A stretch of DNA of 63,985 nucleotides, filler included, from Hyphochytrium catenoides (Eukaryota; Protista; Hyphochytriomycota): assembly GCA_900088475.1 (NCBI GenBank). It is 15 parts of 15 records of this genome, joined end to end, with 100 filler letters (N's around TTAATTAATTAA, not from the genome) between each part and the next. Parts side by side here need not be neighbours in the genome. Positions count along the whole stretch, not along the records: positions 60,728 to 62,199 come from FLMG01004377.1; positions 62,300 to 63,985 come from FLMG01004247.1; 13 more parts are not named here. One strand, written 5' to 3'. Made by a program: the position numbers and the translations under genes. Below are positions 62,159 through 63,985 of this stretch, piece by piece. A model generated the notes under the pieces. That model did no database searches, was not told the origin of the DNA, and was given only the letters and a program-made list of their open reading frames with translations. Position 1 is the first letter of the stretch. Each line of letters opens with the position of its first letter.

Positions 62159-63122
62159 CTCTGCGCCGGTGTCCTTGAAAGACTAAGCCATAGCAGGCAN
62201 NNNNNNNNNNNNNNNNNNNNNNNNNNNNNNNNNNNNNNNNNNNTTAATTAATTAANNNNNNNNNNNNNNNNNNNNNNNNNNNNNNNNNNNNNNNNNNNNG
62301 GAGTGGTGCCTGCATTTCAAAGAAGATCAGCACTTCTAGCTGCTATGCCTGCTTCCATCTTTATTATCTGGTCTTGTCGTCGTTCTTCCTTTCGCTGCTG
62401 ACTGTATGAAGCCTTAGACGCTGTCAGCCTTTGTCTTTACACTTCTTTAGAAACCTTATCCTCTAGCAGTTGCTCTCAGACCGTACCCTGAGTTTAGAAC
62501 AGCTATTTTTCTCCTGCACGCACTACCTCGCCCTGCAGAGGAAGCGCGCTGCAGCGCAGACATGTTCTCTATTTTATATACTAGACTCCCAGGAAATCAT
62601 TGGGTTCTCCAGAGAAACGTATGTATGACGAAGGCTCTTGTCTTTGGGCATTCACCGGACTTTGTTCCTTGTCCGTCCACCGAGTACCTTGAAAAGACAG
62701 AGACACCTTTGAACGGACAGCAGCTCAGAGAGAGAGAGAGAGAGAGAAGGAGGAGACGAAGAGTTTCTTCTCCTCAGCTTGGCACTTGTTGAAGGAAGAG
62801 AGAGAGAGAGAAGAGAGCTTCTTAGAGAGATGATGCATCCTCCCGCCTACTGTAGGGTTAGGACGAGATAAGGTCATTCGGGACTAGCATGATGGTACGC
62901 TATACATTAGGAATCAGGATAATAGGGTTGATAACTATGGAAACAGTCTTTGGACCTAGCCTACAGTAATGTAGCCTCTTGCTGTGAAGCAAGTGTAGGA
63001 GTGCAATGACCTAAATAAGGTTTAGCGTGTATTCATGATAGAGGCTCAGAATTTGCTGTTGATGATGGGTGATGGCATGCAGTAGATCATTTGGATGAGG
63101 AGTTACCAAGATCGACTCCGAA

Positions 63123-63180
<58 letters not shown>

Positions 63181-63985
63181 GTCTCTCTCTCTCTCCGTCT
63201 CTCTCTCCCTGTGTGTCTCTCTCTCTGTCTCTCACTGTCTCTCTCTATCTGGTCTCTCTCTCTCTTTTCTCTCTCTCTTACCTGTCTCTCGTTCTTGCTG
63301 TGACGCTCATTTCATGCTCTCTTTGGCTGCCTTCCTCTCTCCTCCATCTCTCTCCCGATCTTGTCAACATTCCCTAGGTTCTCCGCAGTCTCACTCTTTT
63401 CGTTCTCACCTTGTTCCTTGTCCCTTTCTTCCTCTTCTCGGCTTCCCTTCCTCTCACAACCCTCTCTCTCTGCCTTCCATATGTTCTCTTTCTTACGATC
63501 TTGCCGTGTCTTCCTTCGTTCTTCCTTCCTCGCTCTCTTCTCTCTTGCTCTCTCTTTCTCTCGCCTTCGTCTCTAAAAGATCTTTACTTGAGAAGAGCTT
63601 GTCCCTCATTGCATTCGTCGCTCCTCTCTCCTCCTCAGACCTGCTCTCAGGCAAGGCCGCGTCTTCATGAGAGCTCCACGAGTCCTGTCCACTTGCCTGG
63701 TGGCGCTACAAGCAAGCAGAGCTATTGGTTGTTCTCTCTCTTCTTCTCTCTCTCTTCGCCGCTCCCCCTCCCTAGCTTCCCAAGCCATTCTTCCTCTCCT
63801 TCTCTTCACACCGACAAGACCTGCCATCTCTCTCTCTCTCCCGTCTCGCACTTGTCCTTCCACGGCAGAAACATCCTCAGAGACAAAGAAGAAAGCCTTC
63901 TTCTCTTCCTCTTCCAGTACAATGACAAAGACCATTGCCTTTGGCAGTGACAATCGCTCGCCTCTCGCCTCTTTCATTCTCAATG

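Larger units (their letters stand above)
2894..63600. repeat. Dispersed (CT)n/(GA)n microsatellite tracts, dense in many introns and at many contig ends
   Basis: Dozens of runs, e.g. 2894-2960, 14900-15060, 15860-16030, 25920-26200, 36650-36780, 48230-48380, 63128-63280. Confidence 0.98.

Noticed and set aside
2134-62299. Recurrent TTAATTAATTAA palindrome as a biological repeat, and gene clustering across it (e.g. a UGT + DES1 + lipase 'lipid cluster')
   Set aside because: It is always centred in 44+44 Ns, so it is an assembly linker. Those genes are on different contigs.
2788-63670. Many LSLSLS and ERERER ORFs in the ORF track
   Set aside because: They are translations of (CT)n/(GA)n microsatellites, which lack stops.
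1-63985. tRNA, rRNA, snRNA, intact transposase/RT/Fanzor or Cas genes
   Set aside because: I saw no supporting motifs by eye. Highly decayed or divergent copies cannot be excluded without profile searches.

Overview
This is eukaryotic, not prokaryotic, DNA. It is an artificial concatenation of 15 short contigs or scaffolds joined by 14 identical 100-nt linkers (N44-TTAATTAATTAA-N44), so neighbourhoods across linkers mean nothing. Genes use GT-AG introns and the standard code; intact genes end in TAA, TAG or TGA. Many introns are filled with (CT)n/(GA)n microsatellites, mostly CT on the sense strand. A stramenopile-type protist is my tentative guess, from recalled resemblance of the channel and PRPS-like sequences, and is not verified. 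Recognisable, mostly partial genes: an NTF2/SnoaL-like protein, an ankyrin protein, a BK/Slo-like K+ channel with RCK domains, a kelch-repeat protein, a GON4L/DUO3-like protein, a sterol 3-beta-glucosyltransferase, a PRPP-synthetase homolog, a sphingolipid delta-4 desaturase, a class II HDAC-like deacetylase and a secreted class 3 lipase. I found no clear phage-defence, CRISPR or intact transposon system. The most interesting signals are: (1) a strong local excess of TAG/CTA and several ORF remnants broken mostly by TAG/TAA, suggesting C-to-T hypermutation at CAG/CTG or CpA sites (CHG-methylation decay or a RIP-like process); (2) two intronless paralogs with an unrecognised 10-Cys domain, mucin stalk and GPI-like tail next to an intronless secreted lipase; (3) a PRPS homolog missing key catalytic residues, probably a pseudoenzyme; (4) an intronless 497-aa protein built from about 12 copies of an unrecognised helical repeat; (5) telomere-derived satellite and inverted telomere motifs; (6) a perfect 20-bp hairpin.
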